From an uncultured Phycisphaerales bacterium (GTDB lineage Bacteria; Planctomycetota; Phycisphaerae; Tepidisphaerales; Tepidisphaeraceae): a stretch of DNA of 64,000 nucleotides. The notes beneath the pieces were generated by a model, which was given only the letters and a program-made list of their open reading frames with translations, did not search any database and had not been told where the DNA came from. The stretch lies in the NCBI GenBank assembly GCA_963758525.1, contig CAVWVQ010000003.1, forward strand, positions 1,344,001-1,408,000. Reading direction: 5' to 3'. Positions 31,344-46,559 of this stretch are shown here, in pieces (within the stretch, counting starts at the first letter, position 1; each line of letters opens with the position of its first letter). Both the position numbers and the translations under genes were made by a program.

Positions 31344-32419
31344 TCATCTGCTTTCCGTGGGCGGCGGCGGTGGCGGCGGATAGGGAGTCTCGGCCGGCGG
31401 GAAATTGGGCACAGCGCCGGGCTGATCTCCCGGCGCCGGCCGTGTGGCAGGCGCTGCCAGCGCCGGCGCGGGCCGCTGGCTCACCTGGTCAGCCGGGAGG
31501 TTGCGCACCGGCTTGAGACTCTTGATGTACTGGATCAGCTCGTACAGTTGCTCTTCACTGATCTGCCCCAGGTAGCTGGGCATCACCGCGGGGTAACCGG
31601 CGACGATCTGGCTGCTGGGATTGAGGATCGAATCGCGCAGATATTCCTCATCGGCAGTAATGGTCGATCCGTCCTGCAGGCTGACCTTGCTGCCATAAAG
31701 GCCTGCGAGGCTGGGAGCGCGCTGACCATGACACTGGACGCAACCCAGGCTGGTGAACAATTGCTTGCCGGCGGCGGCAGGAGTCTCGGCCGGCACAGCG
31801 CCGGCGAGCCACGCCTGGTAATCCGGCTGAGTCATGACATAAATCGTTCCCACCATATTGGAGTGGCCGGCCCCGCAATATTGGGAACAGAAGAGGTGAT
31901 AGGTGCCGGTCCGCGTTGGCTGACACCATTCGGTGACATAGCTTCCGGGGACCACATCCTGCTTCATGCGGAACGCGGGGATGAAAAAGTCGTGAATGAC
32001 GTCCTGCGACGCGAGGACCAGTTTGATCGGGACGCCGACGGGGATGTGCAGCTCGTCGATTTCGCGGACACCTTCGGGATGCTCGATCTTCCACATCCAT
32101 TGTTTTCCAATGACGTGAATCTCGATGCCCTGCCCGGCGGGGCGTTTCATTTTGACGTAGAGGTCTGCGCCCAGAAATACATGACGAGCATCAGCAGGAA
32201 CGGGACAATGGTCCACGTCACCTCCAGCCCGTAATGCTTGGGCATCTTCGGCGGGATTTCATCGTCGGACCGTCGGCGATAGCGGATGCAGAAGAAGACG
32301 ATGCAGGTAAAGATCAGGAACGTGAAGAACGCGGCAACGGCCAGTTCGAAGAGGAACAGGGCATCGACCTGCGGCGCGAAGGTCGAAGCTTGCGGCGGAG
32401 CAAAGGGGACACCAGTCAT
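31344..32419 (-). CDS. coxB: Cytochrome c oxidase subunit II with C-terminal cytochrome c (frameshift near 32170)
   Basis: [27 protein letters not shown]uA site, CVQCH heme motif. Confidence 0.93.
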
Positions 32420-33478
32420 GACCGCACCTCCCGCGAGGGCGCGATCGTTGCTGGGCGCGCTTCCCCCTCTCCCGGTACTGGCAGGGGTGAGGGTGATTTG
32501 GAGAGGAGGAAGGCGCTGATATCCCGCAGAGAATTGATTGCAGGTTCGAGACGCTTCGTACGGTCGAAATCACCCTCACCCCAACCCTCTTCCGGAGTAC
32601 CGGGAGAGGGGGAAGAGCCCAACGCTCGTGCTCTCACCCCCTGCGCTTCGGGAGGCGAGATTGCCCGCTTGTGATAGTCACGGATCTCGTGGGTGAGCTT
32701 GAGGCCAATGTAGCCAAAGAGGAGAGCCGCGAAGCTGATGCAAATGGTCTGTAGGATCCGAATGATGCGATGCCCGCGGATGGAGAGGGTTGGATCGTAA
32801 TCGACGCAATATTGCTGATTGGGTTGATCGACCTGCGAGACGCGACCGGCGGCGGCGTCATGAATGGCGGATTCAACGTCTGCGGGAGCCGCGTCGATGC
32901 CAAAGAAATTGTGGGAGAATTTCCCATCCGGAGTGAGCACCATTACGCCCGTTGGATGAATGAATTTCCCCTGGCGCTGGTCGAACGTGTAGTGGAAGCC
33001 GACGGCTCGCGCGACGGCGTCGATCGAATCTTGCGCCGATGAGAAAGTGCCAGCCGTCAGCTTGGTGAGGATATTTGTAGGCGCGGAGGCAGGTTTTTTT
33101 GTGGCCCGCGGCAAGAGCGGGCGTATCGCGGCGATCGAAGCTGATGACGACGACCTGGAAATCGCGGGCGGCAACCGGCGCGATTCCATTCAGCTCCTCG
33201 GTCAGATGCAGGAATGCCATGGGGCAGAGATCGGGACAGGTGAAATAACCGAGGACGAGAAGAACCGGGGTTGTTCCGAGGTAGTTTGAGAGGCGCACCG
33301 GGCGGTTCTGATCGTCGATGAAGGCCGCGTCCGGCGGGATGCGCGAGCCAACGCGTTGCTCGAGATAGGACTGGCGCACTTCGTCTTGTGTCGAGAGATT
33401 TGGTGCGCTTTGCAACTGCGCAAAGGAGGTTTCTCCGGATGCTACGAGGCAGAGAAGAAGCAGAGCGAAGGGTCTCAT
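32416..33478 (-). CDS. SCO/SenC copper chaperone (frameshift near 33035), repeat-derived C-terminal tail
   Basis: YFTCPDLC; VISFD; HPTGVMVLTPDG. Confidence 0.85.
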
Positions 33479-34068
33479 GGCTGACCCCCTTGCCCGCTAT
33501 TTTTCGAGGCGATATTCCCGCCAACGGGGGAGCCATTGTCCCCCTCCCCTGTTACTCCGGGGGAGGGCTGGGGCGGGGGCGGTGCTGCGATGGCCTTGCT
33601 GTCCTGCGCTGCCAAGTCCCCACCCCGACCCTCCCCCGGAGTACCCGGGGAGGGGGGAAGAGCGGAGCTCATGGATCGTTGCGTCGCCAGTTTGTTGACG
33701 ATGTCATCGGGGATTCTGGGCTGGCGCGTGGTTGGGTCGGTGGTCCAGCCAAGCTCATCGAAGATCAGTCCCTTCTCCCGGCGCAAGTCCGCCAGATCCT
33801 GCCAGGGGAGTTCATTATGCTTCTCGATGGGCTGCAAATTTGGTGGCGGGAATCGCTCTGGCGGCGTCGCTGCGGAGGTCACGACGTCGGCGGCGCGCGG
33901 CTGCGCCAGGTAATACTCCGCCAAAATCCAAACGCCGGCGTGAATCACCACCGCGCTGACGAGGAAGATGACCAGGAAAATCATCAGGCCGCGAACGCTC
34001 ACCTCCGAGCGCTCATAGCCCTGCTGGAGCGCCTGGGGGGAAGGAGATTGTTGGTCGGCGTGTGTCAT
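33475..34068 (-). CDS. actG: ActG-like ACIII subunit with repeat-derived C-terminal tail
   Basis: GYERSEV-TM-PPPNLQ...GW....RIP pattern; position after actF. Confidence 0.65.
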   Translation of the reverse strand: MTHADQQSPSPQALQQGYERSEVSVRGLMIFLVIFLVSAVVIHAGVWILAEYYLAQPRAADVVTSAATPPERFPPPNLQPIEKHNELPWQDLADLRREKGLIFDELGWTTDPTTRQPRIPDDIVNKLATQRSMSSALPPSPGTPGEGRGGDLAAQDSKAIAAPPPPQPSPGVTGEGDNGSPVGGNIASKNSGQGGQP

Positions 34069-34077
34069 GTTACCGCG

Positions 34078-35283
34078 TCATCGTTCAGGGTTTGGATTGA
34101 CCTCGGGCGCGGGGCCGACGGGAATCAGATCGCCGGCCGGCATCAGGGGCCGGTCGGAGGCCAGCCAGAGGAAAAATGCCAGCCACAGTCCCCCCATGCC
34201 GATGGGGAAAACAAAGTCCATCCAGCTCAAGATATGCCAGACTTTCGGATAAGGATTGTCGCCGGATGGCCCGATCTGCCAGAACAGATCGATCAGCCGC
34301 AAGACGATCAGTGCCAGGCAGAGGCCGAGCATGACGTGGACTTTTCGCTTGAGCTGGCGCATCAGCAGAATGATGAAGGGAACAAAGAAGTGGAAGACGA
34401 CGAGGATCAGTCCGATCCACCACCATCCGTTGGAGAGGCGCTCCACGTACCAGGGGATTTCGTCCTGCTTGTTGCCCATCCAGATGACCAGGAGTTGAAC
34501 GAACGAGAGGTAGGCCCAGAAGATGACGAAGGTGAGGAGGATGTTTCCCAGGTCGTTGAGGTAATTCGCGCGCGCGTGCTCGCGAAATGGAGGCGTGTTG
34601 ATCATGAGCGTGAAGAAGACGAGCAGCACGCACAAGCCGGAAATGCCCTGCCCGGTGATGACGACAAATCCGAAGACGGTGGAGAACCAGTGCGGATCGC
34701 GCGACATGAGCCAGTCGACACTGGCGAAGCTCATGGTGATGAAATAAACGACCATTCCTCCTGCGCTGACGTTGTGCAGGCGCAAAGCGGTGGAAGGATC
34801 ACCAGTGCGGTCGTGGCGCAGCGATGCGGTGCGCAGATACCAGGCCATCGTCAGCCAGATAATGGCATAGAGAATTGCCCGGCAGACGAAGAAGGTTGCA
34901 TTGAGATAAGGCTGCTCGTGCCGGAGAACCGCATCGTGCGCAAGGGCATCGGGGCGGTCCCAGATGAAGAGGCTGTGCATCCCGAAGAGGATGGGGAGGA
35001 AGAGGACGATCAGCAGCGGCAGCGTCATGGCGGCGTGCTCGCCGAGCCGGCGGACCATGAAGCCCCAATAGCCGCCCATGAGATGGTGCATCATCACCAC
35101 GCCCATGGAGCCCAGGGCGACACCCAGCCAGAAGAGCCAGGCGAGCAGGTATGCCTGGTAGAATTTCTCCGACTGAAAGATCCAGCCGATGGCGGCGAGG
35201 ACGATCCACGCGAGCCCGACCATCACCGACCAGCGCAGCACGCGATCGCGTGGAAAGGGAGGGAAGTTGACGTTCTTGATCAT
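34078..35283 (-). CDS. actF: Alternative complex III subunit ActF
   Basis: Multi-TM; DWLMS..PHWFST.FG; DLGNILL; WAYLSFVQLLVIWMGN...EIPWY. Confidence 0.9.
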   Translation of the reverse strand: MIKNVNFPPFPRDRVLRWSVMVGLAWIVLAAIGWIFQSEKFYQAYLLAWLFWLGVALGSMGVVMMHHLMGGYWGFMVRRLGEHAAMTLPLLIVLFLPILFGMHSLFIWDRPDALAHDAVLRHEQPYLNATFFVCRAILYAIIWLTMAWYLRTASLRHDRTGDPSTALRLHNVSAGGMVVYFITMSFASVDWLMSRDPHWFSTVFGFVVITGQGISGLCVLLVFFTLMINTPPFREHARANYLNDLGNILLTFVIFWAYLSFVQLLVIWMGNKQDEIPWYVERLSNGWWWIGLILVVFHFFVPFIILLMRQLKRKVHVMLGLCLALIVLRLIDLFWQIGPSGDNPYPKVWHILSWMDFVFPIGMGGLWLAFFLWLASDRPLMPAGDLIPVGPAPEVNPNPER

Positions 35284-35959
35284 GGCCGAATCCCCCGTTC
35301 TTTTTGCAGCCGGCGTTCCAGATCCGGATGTTCATGCACGGCCAGTTGCAGCGCGCGGATGTAGGCGACGATCGCCCAGCGATCGTCGGGAGCAACGCGA
35401 TCGGAGTAGCTGAACATGGTTCCGTATCCGTTGGTGATGACGTTGTAGAAATAGGCGTCCGACTGGTTGACGAGGCGGGGAATGTAGTAGCTGGGCGGGG
35501 AGTAAAACCCGCGGCGGACGATCATGCCGTCGCCATCGCCGGCGGTGCTATGACAGACCGAGCAATAGACGCGGTACTGCAACTCCCCGCGCTCCAGCAA
35601 ACCGCGGGTGATCTTCATGGGGATGTTCTGCGACGAAGCCAGATCGGGGAATTGCGCCGGACCGGCGGAGCGCACCAGCACATAAGGAATGCCGGGCGAT
35701 TGATCGGCCGGCCGAGGCACCACGCCGCTGATCAGGGGCGCTCCGACATGCCATCGGCGAAAATGTCGCTCTCGGTGTATGGCTTGTAATACGGCTGGCG
35801 CTCCATGTTCGCAGTGGGTTTCCAGCTTGGCAGCACGAGGAGAAACGTGACGCCGCCGCCGATGAAAGTCAGCGCGATCGTGAGCAGCAGCAGATACGCC
35901 TGATCGACATTGCGCTGCTGGCCAACCAATTTGCTGGTGTCTGGCACTTGCTCGCTCAC
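35280..35959 (-). CDS. actE: Alternative complex III monoheme cytochrome ActE (frameshift in C-run at ~35737)
   Basis: M..QP.YKPY..SD.FADG.S.RP then CSVCH, ITNGYGTM, DRWAIVAYIRALQ. Confidence 0.88.
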
Positions 35960-36508
35960 CAGGGCACCTCCATCACCGCGATCGGCTCAAGCGACAGCAG
36001 AAAGTCCCGCGTTTGTTCCACGTCAAACTGCGCGTCGGTTGCCTCGATGCAGACGAAGAAGCGTGTCTGGCTGGCCAGTTCGAAAGTGGAAGCGCGAAAC
36101 ATTGGGTGATAAGGCGAGGGGAGCCCGTTGAGGATCAACATGCCAAACAGAGCCAGCGTTGCGGCGCCGAGGATGGTCATTTCGAAGGTGATCGGAATGA
36201 ACGCGGGCCAACTGTTGGGAGGTTTGCCGCCGATGTTCCAGGGATAGCTGACGACGTTGGCGTACCAGAGCATGAAGTATCCGCCGAGCCCCCCCACGAT
36301 GCCGCCGACGAACACCATCAGCGGAATGCCCGTGTGGTGATAGCCGAGCGATTCGCACAGGCCTTCGACGGCGTAGGGCGTGTATCCCTCGGTTCGGCGA
36401 TACCCGGCGGCGTGAATTTTCTCGGCGGCGGCGACAATCGCCTCGGGAGAATCAAACGACGCGGCCATGCCATACAGCCGGTGCGCGGGAGAGTGAGGTT
36501 GTTCGGTT

Positions 36509-36519
<11 letters not shown>
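35956..36519 (-). CDS. actD: Alternative complex III subunit ActD (DUF3341)
   Basis: EGYTPY; NIGGKP..SWPAFIPITFE; GLP.PYHP.F. Confidence 0.9.
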
Positions 36520-41088
<4,569 letters not shown>

Positions 41089-41092
41089 GGGA

Positions 41093-41752
41093 TTACCTGT
41101 GGCACAAAGAGCAGTTCTGGAGCAGTTGTTTGGGAATCAGGTTGTATTGATGAGCCAATTCCGCTCCGACCCGCTCCTGGTCCGGCGGCGGCGTCCATTC
41201 CATGTTGAAAATCTCGCTTCGCGGCCGGATGAATCGCTCGGGTTCACGGTGGCACGTGAGGCACCACTCCATCTGCAGCGACGCCGCCTGGAACGTCAGC
41301 GGCATCTTGTCCACGCGGCCGTGGCACGTGCTGCAGCCGATTCCCTTTGCCACGTGGATGCTGTGATTGAAGTAAACAAAATCAGGGAGGTTGTTGACTC
41401 GCTGCCAGTGGATCGGTGTGTTGGTGCGCCAGCTCTCCCGCACCGGGTCGAGAATCGACGCATTGGTCCAGATCTTCGAATGGCAGGTCATGCAGGTTTT
41501 GGTGGGCGGAATCCCCGCGAAGCTGGAATCCTGCGCCGACGTATGGCAATAGCGGCAATCAATCCCCAGCCCGCGCACGTGATGCTCATGACTGAACGGC
41601 ACCGGCTGATCGCGGAATACGCCGGCGTCGGTGACGTAAGGAGATCGCTCGATTGCGGTGGCAAGCCAGACGGTGCCGCCTGCCGCGAAGATGCCGCCAA
41701 AGATGCTCGCCTTGGCGATGGTATTGAACAGAGGATGAAAAACGCGGGCCAT
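41093..41752 (-). CDS. actA: Alternative complex III pentaheme cytochrome ActA
   Basis: Five CxxCH motifs (CRYCH, CMTCH, CSTCH, CLTCH, CSLCH); QPVPFSH. Confidence 0.95.
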   Translation of the reverse strand: MARVFHPLFNTIAKASIFGGIFAAGGTVWLATAIERSPYVTDAGVFRDQPVPFSHEHHVRGLGIDCRYCHTSAQDSSFAGIPPTKTCMTCHSKIWTNASILDPVRESWRTNTPIHWQRVNNLPDFVYFNHSIHVAKGIGCSTCHGRVDKMPLTFQAASLQMEWCLTCHREPERFIRPRSEIFNMEWTPPPDQERVGAELAHQYNLIPKQLLQNCSLCHR

Positions 41753-42101
41753 CTTTCCCTAATCAGAACAACCAAAGCAGTAACAGTCAGCGCTGCATCT
41801 CAACTGGGCTGAACGTTTTTGCGCCGTGCATAAGCGGGCACTGTAGGGAGACAGTTTCAAAACAGACAACGGGAAAAATGGATGAGTCTCGCGAGTTATC
41901 AAGTGACAAGGTGAATCAGCGATATCTTAAAATCGGCAGGAATCCTCTGCCTCTCCGGAACCGCGCGAGAGGGCAGGAGGGCGAGGGCAGCGCAGGGGTG
42001 AGTGTAGTTGGAACGTAAGCGATTCGTGGGATACGACAGCTGGCTATATCTCCTAAGAAAATACGGAAACGGTGGGCGAATACACCCACGCTGAAGATCG
42101 T

Positions 42102-42198
42102 GTAGGGGCGGGATTCATCCCGCCGCTCTGTTAAGCCGCGGGAGATCGAACACGGCGCGTGGGAGCCATCGAATTCGGCGGGATGAATCCCGCCCTAC
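42102..42198. repeat. GTAG-type REP doublet (inverted pair)
   Basis: gtaggggcgggattcatcccgccg ... cggcgggatgaatcccgccctac; second doublet at 46251-46318. Confidence 0.85.
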
Positions 42199-42250
42199 GG
42201 AAGTGGCGATACGAGTTTTTGGTGTGCGTTAAATTTGGCCGATGCCGCTC

Positions 42251-42831
42251 TCACGATTCTTTGGAGATTCTGCCATTTCGTTCCAAGGCCGCTCGTACGT
42301 GTGACTTGCTGATGACGATGAGCATCGCGATGCCCAGAGCCAATCCGATGATCCAGCCGGCCAGACTTCCCAATGAATCAATGACGCCACGAACTTGCGC
42401 AAATTGCTCGCGCCACGGGGGTAGCAGCCAACGTACATAGAAATATGAACCGCCCCCTCCGACGATGATGCTTCCGATGGCCCACAGGCGCAGCACAGGC
42501 TGCGACCAGGAGTTAAGCCGCAAAGCCCCAATGGCGCCGATGAGGAGCTGCGCCGCAAGACCAGTCCCGAGCAGACTGGCGAAGAATAGCCAGAGCACTG
42601 CGCTGATGTGCTTTCCACCGGTTCATCGAAAAAGGGGACGCGGAAATCGCCGGGGATCGCCCCGTGGTGAAAACGGAGCAGCCCGAAGGGCAGGAGCATC
42701 ACTCCGGCCGTTCCATACACCAGTGCGATTGCCGCCACGGACCGAAACCATCTGACGGCCGCCTCATAGTCAGCCGCGCTCGGGTCGTCCGGCACCACAC
42801 TTCGCTCGCCGCTGAATTCATCTTCCATCAT
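42251..42831 (-). CDS. Hypothetical four-TM membrane protein (frameshift near 42610)
   Basis: Hydrophobic helices continue across two ORFs (42229-42909 then 42251-42598). Confidence 0.55.
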
Positions 42832-42908
42832 GGCATCCACCTTCTCAAAAAAATATTGTCCGTTGGCGCGCCGCAACGCCTGTACCACTATAAGCCGCAC
42901 GCGGAGCA

Positions 42909-43376
42909 ATGATGCCTGTCAAAATTTGTGTATTTCTTACCGGGCTCGTTTACCTCTTCTTTGGCATCTGCGGGTTCGTTCCAGCTTTCATCTACCTTCC
43001 CCCGCCGCGGCTGCGGTATTACGACATGCACATGATCGGGCACTGGGGTTTTCTGTTCACCTGGCTTGCGGTCAATCCCGTCCACAACATTCTGTATCTG
43101 ATCATTGGCGGCGGCGCCATCCTCGCATCGCCCCTGCGATTCACCGCCATCGGCTACGCCCGCGGATTGTTCTTTGTAACATTCATGCTGACGTTCACGG
43201 GCTTACTGCCGTTGGGAATCGCGCAGCTGTGGGGCCTTTTGCCGCTCTTCGGCTGGAACGTCATGCTGCACAGCGTCACCGCAATGCTGCTCTACTATTA
43301 CGGCTTCATCTACCCCCTTGATTTGGGAGGAAGGGAACCAATTTCACAGATGCAGACGTTGCAGGTGCGGCCTTGA
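42909..43376 (+). CDS. DUF4383-like membrane protein
   Basis: G.VYL..GI.GF.P; VNPVHNILYL; LH near C-terminus. Confidence 0.7.
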   Translation: MMPVKICVFLTGLVYLFFGICGFVPAFIYLPPPRLRYYDMHMIGHWGFLFTWLAVNPVHNILYLIIGGGAILASPLRFTAIGYARGLFFVTFMLTFTGLLPLGIAQLWGLLPLFGWNVMLHSVTAMLLYYYGFIYPLDLGGREPISQMQTLQVRP

Positions 43377-43433
43377 AGCGCTCGGCGCCTTGTGCGGGCG
43401 GACTGTTGCGCCAGCGCGGCAAGCAGCAGGGCG

Positions 43434-43593
43434 AAGAGCCGCGCAGGCGCGAAGACGCGAAGGAAAACGCGAAGGAAGAGGAGACGCGGGATCTTTCGCG
43501 CCTTTGTTGACACGTTTCTATCTGTCGCTCTCTTACCCGAGCTTTCGTTCTTCTTCGCGTTTTCCTTCGCGCCTTCGCGCCTTCGCGGCTCTT
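43434..43593. repeat. Palindromic ~155-bp element, copy 3
   Basis: AAGAGCCG...CGCGAAG arms and CTTCGCGGCTCTT end, different spacer. Confidence 0.85.
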
Positions 43594-43617
43594 CCCCTTG
43601 CGTTTTGCCGCAGGGGG

Positions 43618-44440
43618 TTGTTTGCGCTGGGTGTATTTCTGTTGGCGCTCCCCCGCTTGTCGCTGGCACAAGGCGTTCAACTTCCCGCAGGTCCGCTGGC
43701 GGCCAATGGCGAAACAAAGCCGGCGATTCTGAAAGACGTCGGCATCGATCAGAAGCTTGGCGCGCAGTTGCCGCTCGATCAGATCTTCCGGGATGAACAG
43801 GGACACCCGGTGGCTTTACGCGCAGTCATGGGAAAACGGCCGGTCATCCTCACGCTGGTTTACTTCCATTGTCCGATGCTCTGCACGATGGTGCTCAACA
43901 ACCTGGTGCAATCGATGCGGCAGATGAACGAGACACCCGGGCGTGACTTTGACATTCTCACCATTAGCTTCGATCCGCGCGACACGGTGCAAACTGCGCG
44001 AGAAGAAGACGAACTATTTGGCCGCATACGGCCAACCGCAGGCCGCGGGGAACTGGCATTTCCTCACCGGCTCCCCCGGTGCCATCGCCGCGGTCACGTC
44101 AGCGGTCGGCTTCCGGTATGCGTGGGATCCCGACACTCGGCAATTCGCGCACGCCAGCGGCATCATCGTGCTGACACCGCAGGGGAAAGTGTCGCGGTAT
44201 TTCTATGGCGTGGATTATGAGCCGAAAGATCTGCGCCTGGCATTGGTGGAAGCCTCAGGAGGCAAGGTGGGCGGCTTGGTCGATCAGATTCTTCTGATCT
44301 GCTGCCAGTACAACCCCGCGACGGGAAAGTATGGATTGGCGATCAGCCGCGGGTTGAAGGCTCTGGGTTTGATCACCATGGCGGGGCTGGCGTCGACGGT
44401 GCTGTTTTTCGTTCGCAGGCGTCCGCGTTCGGTAGGGTGA
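43618..44440 (+). CDS. Second SCO/SenC protein (frameshift near 44000; start uncertain)
   Basis: VGIDQKLG, YFHCPMLC, SFDPRDT, WHFLTG, FAHASG, SRYFYG, YNPATGKY. Confidence 0.88.
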
Positions 44441-44475
44441 TGCAGGGGCGAACGATCACTCGCCGCTTTCCGGCC

Positions 44476-44537
44476 GGGAGAAACTAAAGGTGACGCGAAC
44501 CTTTATATTAAGGTTCGCGTCACCTTTAGTTCTACCC
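44476..44537. mobile_element. 62-bp miniature element with the same ends as 23526-23791, containing a perfect 22-bp inverted repeat
   Basis: gggagaaactaaaggtgacgcgaacctt tatatt aaggttcgcgtcacctttagttctaccc. Confidence 0.65.
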
Positions 44538-44568
44538 AATGGCCAACAAAGGACCAAGCCCAACGGGA

Positions 44569-44760
44569 GGGCACGCAGGCACGAAGGGAATGACGCGGCT
44601 GAGGCCGCGAGCTTCTCCGTTTTGCAGGCGTGTGAAACCGCGCCCCGCGACAGTAGATCGCCCTACAACCTCCGTCGCGCCAGCGTCCTACCCTTCGTGC
44701 CTTCGTGCCTTCGTTCCTCCGTGCCTCCGTGCCTCCGTGCCTCCGTGCCTCCGTGCCTCG
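44569..44760. repeat. 8-bp unit repeats (CGTGCCT[C/T]) with an inverted partner
   Basis: About 8 tandem units at 44691-44760; gggcacgcaggcacgaaggg near 44569-44588 is the inverted form. Confidence 0.8.
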
Positions 44761-45405
44761 CTATTTTGCATTTGCAGCCGCCCGGGGGGACGACGCGATA
44801 TCTGGTTTGAGCTTTGCGCTGTTGACGCGCTTCGCTGCCCGGCGGCTGATCTCTTCGGCCACGAAGTCCGGCGGTATTTCGTCGAGCATCCGTTGGGCGT
44901 CGTTGATGGACTTTGCCAGCCGTTGCTCTGCTTCGCGTCTGCCGCGGACATTATTGACTTCCCGCTCGTGGACGTCCGGGTCGGTTTCTCCCAAAGCGAT
45001 GGGCGCGAGAACGCCCATGCGGCGAAGCAGTTCCAGACTGATTCGCGTGTCGCCGGCGGATACGGCGGCATCGACATTGGCGACGGCATTGTCGACCATC
45101 GACAGCAGGCGATGCTGGGCGGATGCCTTGGTATCGGTCTCCCACGCGTGGAGCAACGCCGCGAAGCGCGGGTCGGTGCGCCGCCAATTGTAAATAGTCT
45201 GCCGGCTGACGCCGGCGACCTCGGCGGCCTTGCTGAAACCTTCACCCGAAGCCAGCGCCAGGATTGCCGCCTGCTGTCGCGGCGCCAGTTCGGCGGTGTC
45301 TGCCGTCAGCTTCGCCAGGGCGTGCGCCGGCGGTGAGGCGGGGGCGGAGCTGGCTGGGGGCTGGACCGCGGAAGCGAGCGACTTATGGGTGGGAACGTTT
45401 GTCAT
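44761..45405 (-). CDS. Helix-turn-helix protein (phBC6A51/terminase-small-subunit-like)
   Basis: LAPRQQAAILALASG...KAAEVAGVSRQTIYNW...DPRF; GAAAGGAAGG upstream of ATG. Confidence 0.8.
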   Translation of the reverse strand: MTNVPTHKSLASAVQPPASSAPASPPAHALAKLTADTAELAPRQQAAILALASGEGFSKAAEVAGVSRQTIYNWRRTDPRFAALLHAWETDTKASAQHRLLSMVDNAVANVDAAVSAGDTRISLELLRRMGVLAPIALGETDPDVHEREVNNVRGRREAEQRLAKSINDAQRMLDEIPPDFVAEEISRRAAKRVNSAKLKPDIASSPRAAANAK

Positions 45406-45527
45406 GGAAACCTTCCTTTCAGTTAGGATGGCGGGTTTACCAGCAACGGGAGGAGAGAATGAACATTTACTTTGAAGGAAAATTCCATCGCCGAATCGCG
45501 GGGCACATGTCTAGTTTTCTGTCTGAA

Positions 45528-45596
45528 TGCAAGCAAGTTTTTGTGATTTACGCACAGCTCGAAGGCGTAAAATTCCGTAAAGGTGTGTAAAGCGAA
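45528..45596 (-). promoter_or_regulatory. 69-bp module with three 10-bp-phased GTAAA boxes, copy 2, upstream of the HTH gene
   Basis: Colinear with 27991-28059 without gaps. Confidence 0.6.
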
Positions 45597-45672
45597 CGGC
45601 TGATTCCGAGCGACAAATGGGGGTTGACCGCCCGGCGGTCACTCGCGTTGTCCCGGTTTGTAAAATCCGTCG

Positions 45673-45918
45673 ATGGTTCGAGCGATCAAAGAAAGCACCG
45701 TCGTTGGCCCCGGCGGGCGCGTCATCATCGACCACTCCGATCTGCCCGAAGGCAGTTCCGCCGAGGTCATCGTGCTGGTGGACGATCGGAGTCTGGGCGA
45801 TTCGCAGGCCCCGCGCTCGCTCTGTAGCTATGTAGGGGCGATGAAGGGCCAGTTCAAATCCGCCGCCGATGCCGACGCTCACGTTCGTGAACTGCGCGAC
45901 GAATGGGGTCGGCCATGA
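45673..45918 (+). CDS. Small antitoxin-like protein without a downstream toxin
   Basis: V.PGGR.....LPEG...EVIVLV...G..KG.F.SA..AD...R.LRDEW; TAAAAT 6 nt before ATG. Confidence 0.65.
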   Translation: MVRAIKESTVVGPGGRVIIDHSDLPEGSSAEVIVLVDDRSLGDSQAPRSLCSYVGAMKGQFKSAADADAHVRELRDEWGRP

Positions 45919-46250
45919 CCGGCGTTGCTTCGGCAGCGGGCCGGCACGCTTACCCAACGGCCAATCAAGGTCCAAATCCCAATACCCAGGGAATGACGGC
46001 GGGGTCGACGGGAGCGCGATCCCCCAGTGCGGCCGGCGAGCTGTTCACAAATCCGGCTCGCCGGGGGCTCTGAGCATGGATTCCGCTCAGGTTATCGATT
46101 GCAATTGGTTCGCCCACCTCTTATTTGCGGAGCATTCAAGCTTCAGGCAAATGCGGCGTTCTCCATTTTTTCCAAGCTTCTGTCCGATCACCGGCCGCGT
46201 TCGCAAAAGGGGTGTAACTTTTATTTGTGGCGATTGCAGATTTTGCGATC

Positions 46251-46318
46251 GTAGGGCGGGATTCATCCCGCCGTTTTCTCAGCCGGCCAACAAATCGGCG
46301 GGATGACTCCCGCCCTAC
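46251..46318. repeat. GTAG-type REP doublet
   Basis: gtagggcgggattcatcccgccg ... cggcgggatgactcccgccctac. Confidence 0.85.
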
Positions 46319-46559
46319 TCGGAGCCGATCGCCACTTTCGAGCGCCACACCCTCGCAAAAGCGCCCCTGCAAAAAATGCTTGCTCCGCGCCAGCCCCATT
46401 TGTTACGGTGCCATGTTATCGGTCGCGAGTTTCAGTTCCGTGGCAGCGCCAGGTGGATGAGGCGTTCAGTGTTCACCTTTCAGCCAGTTTGTTGTCTCCG
46501 ACGGTGCTCCACCGGGAGCGACCGACGATGTACTTCGCGCAACGTAAGGAGGGCCAGGC

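Noticed and set aside
41760..42100. FNR/Crp box upstream of the ACIII operon
   Set aside because: Only a TTGAT half-site; no matching ATCAA at the right spacing
44761..45405. Prophage, based on the terminase-small-subunit-like HTH (and the excisionase-like gene at 1-435)
   Set aside because: No integrase, large terminase, portal, capsid or tail genes in the window
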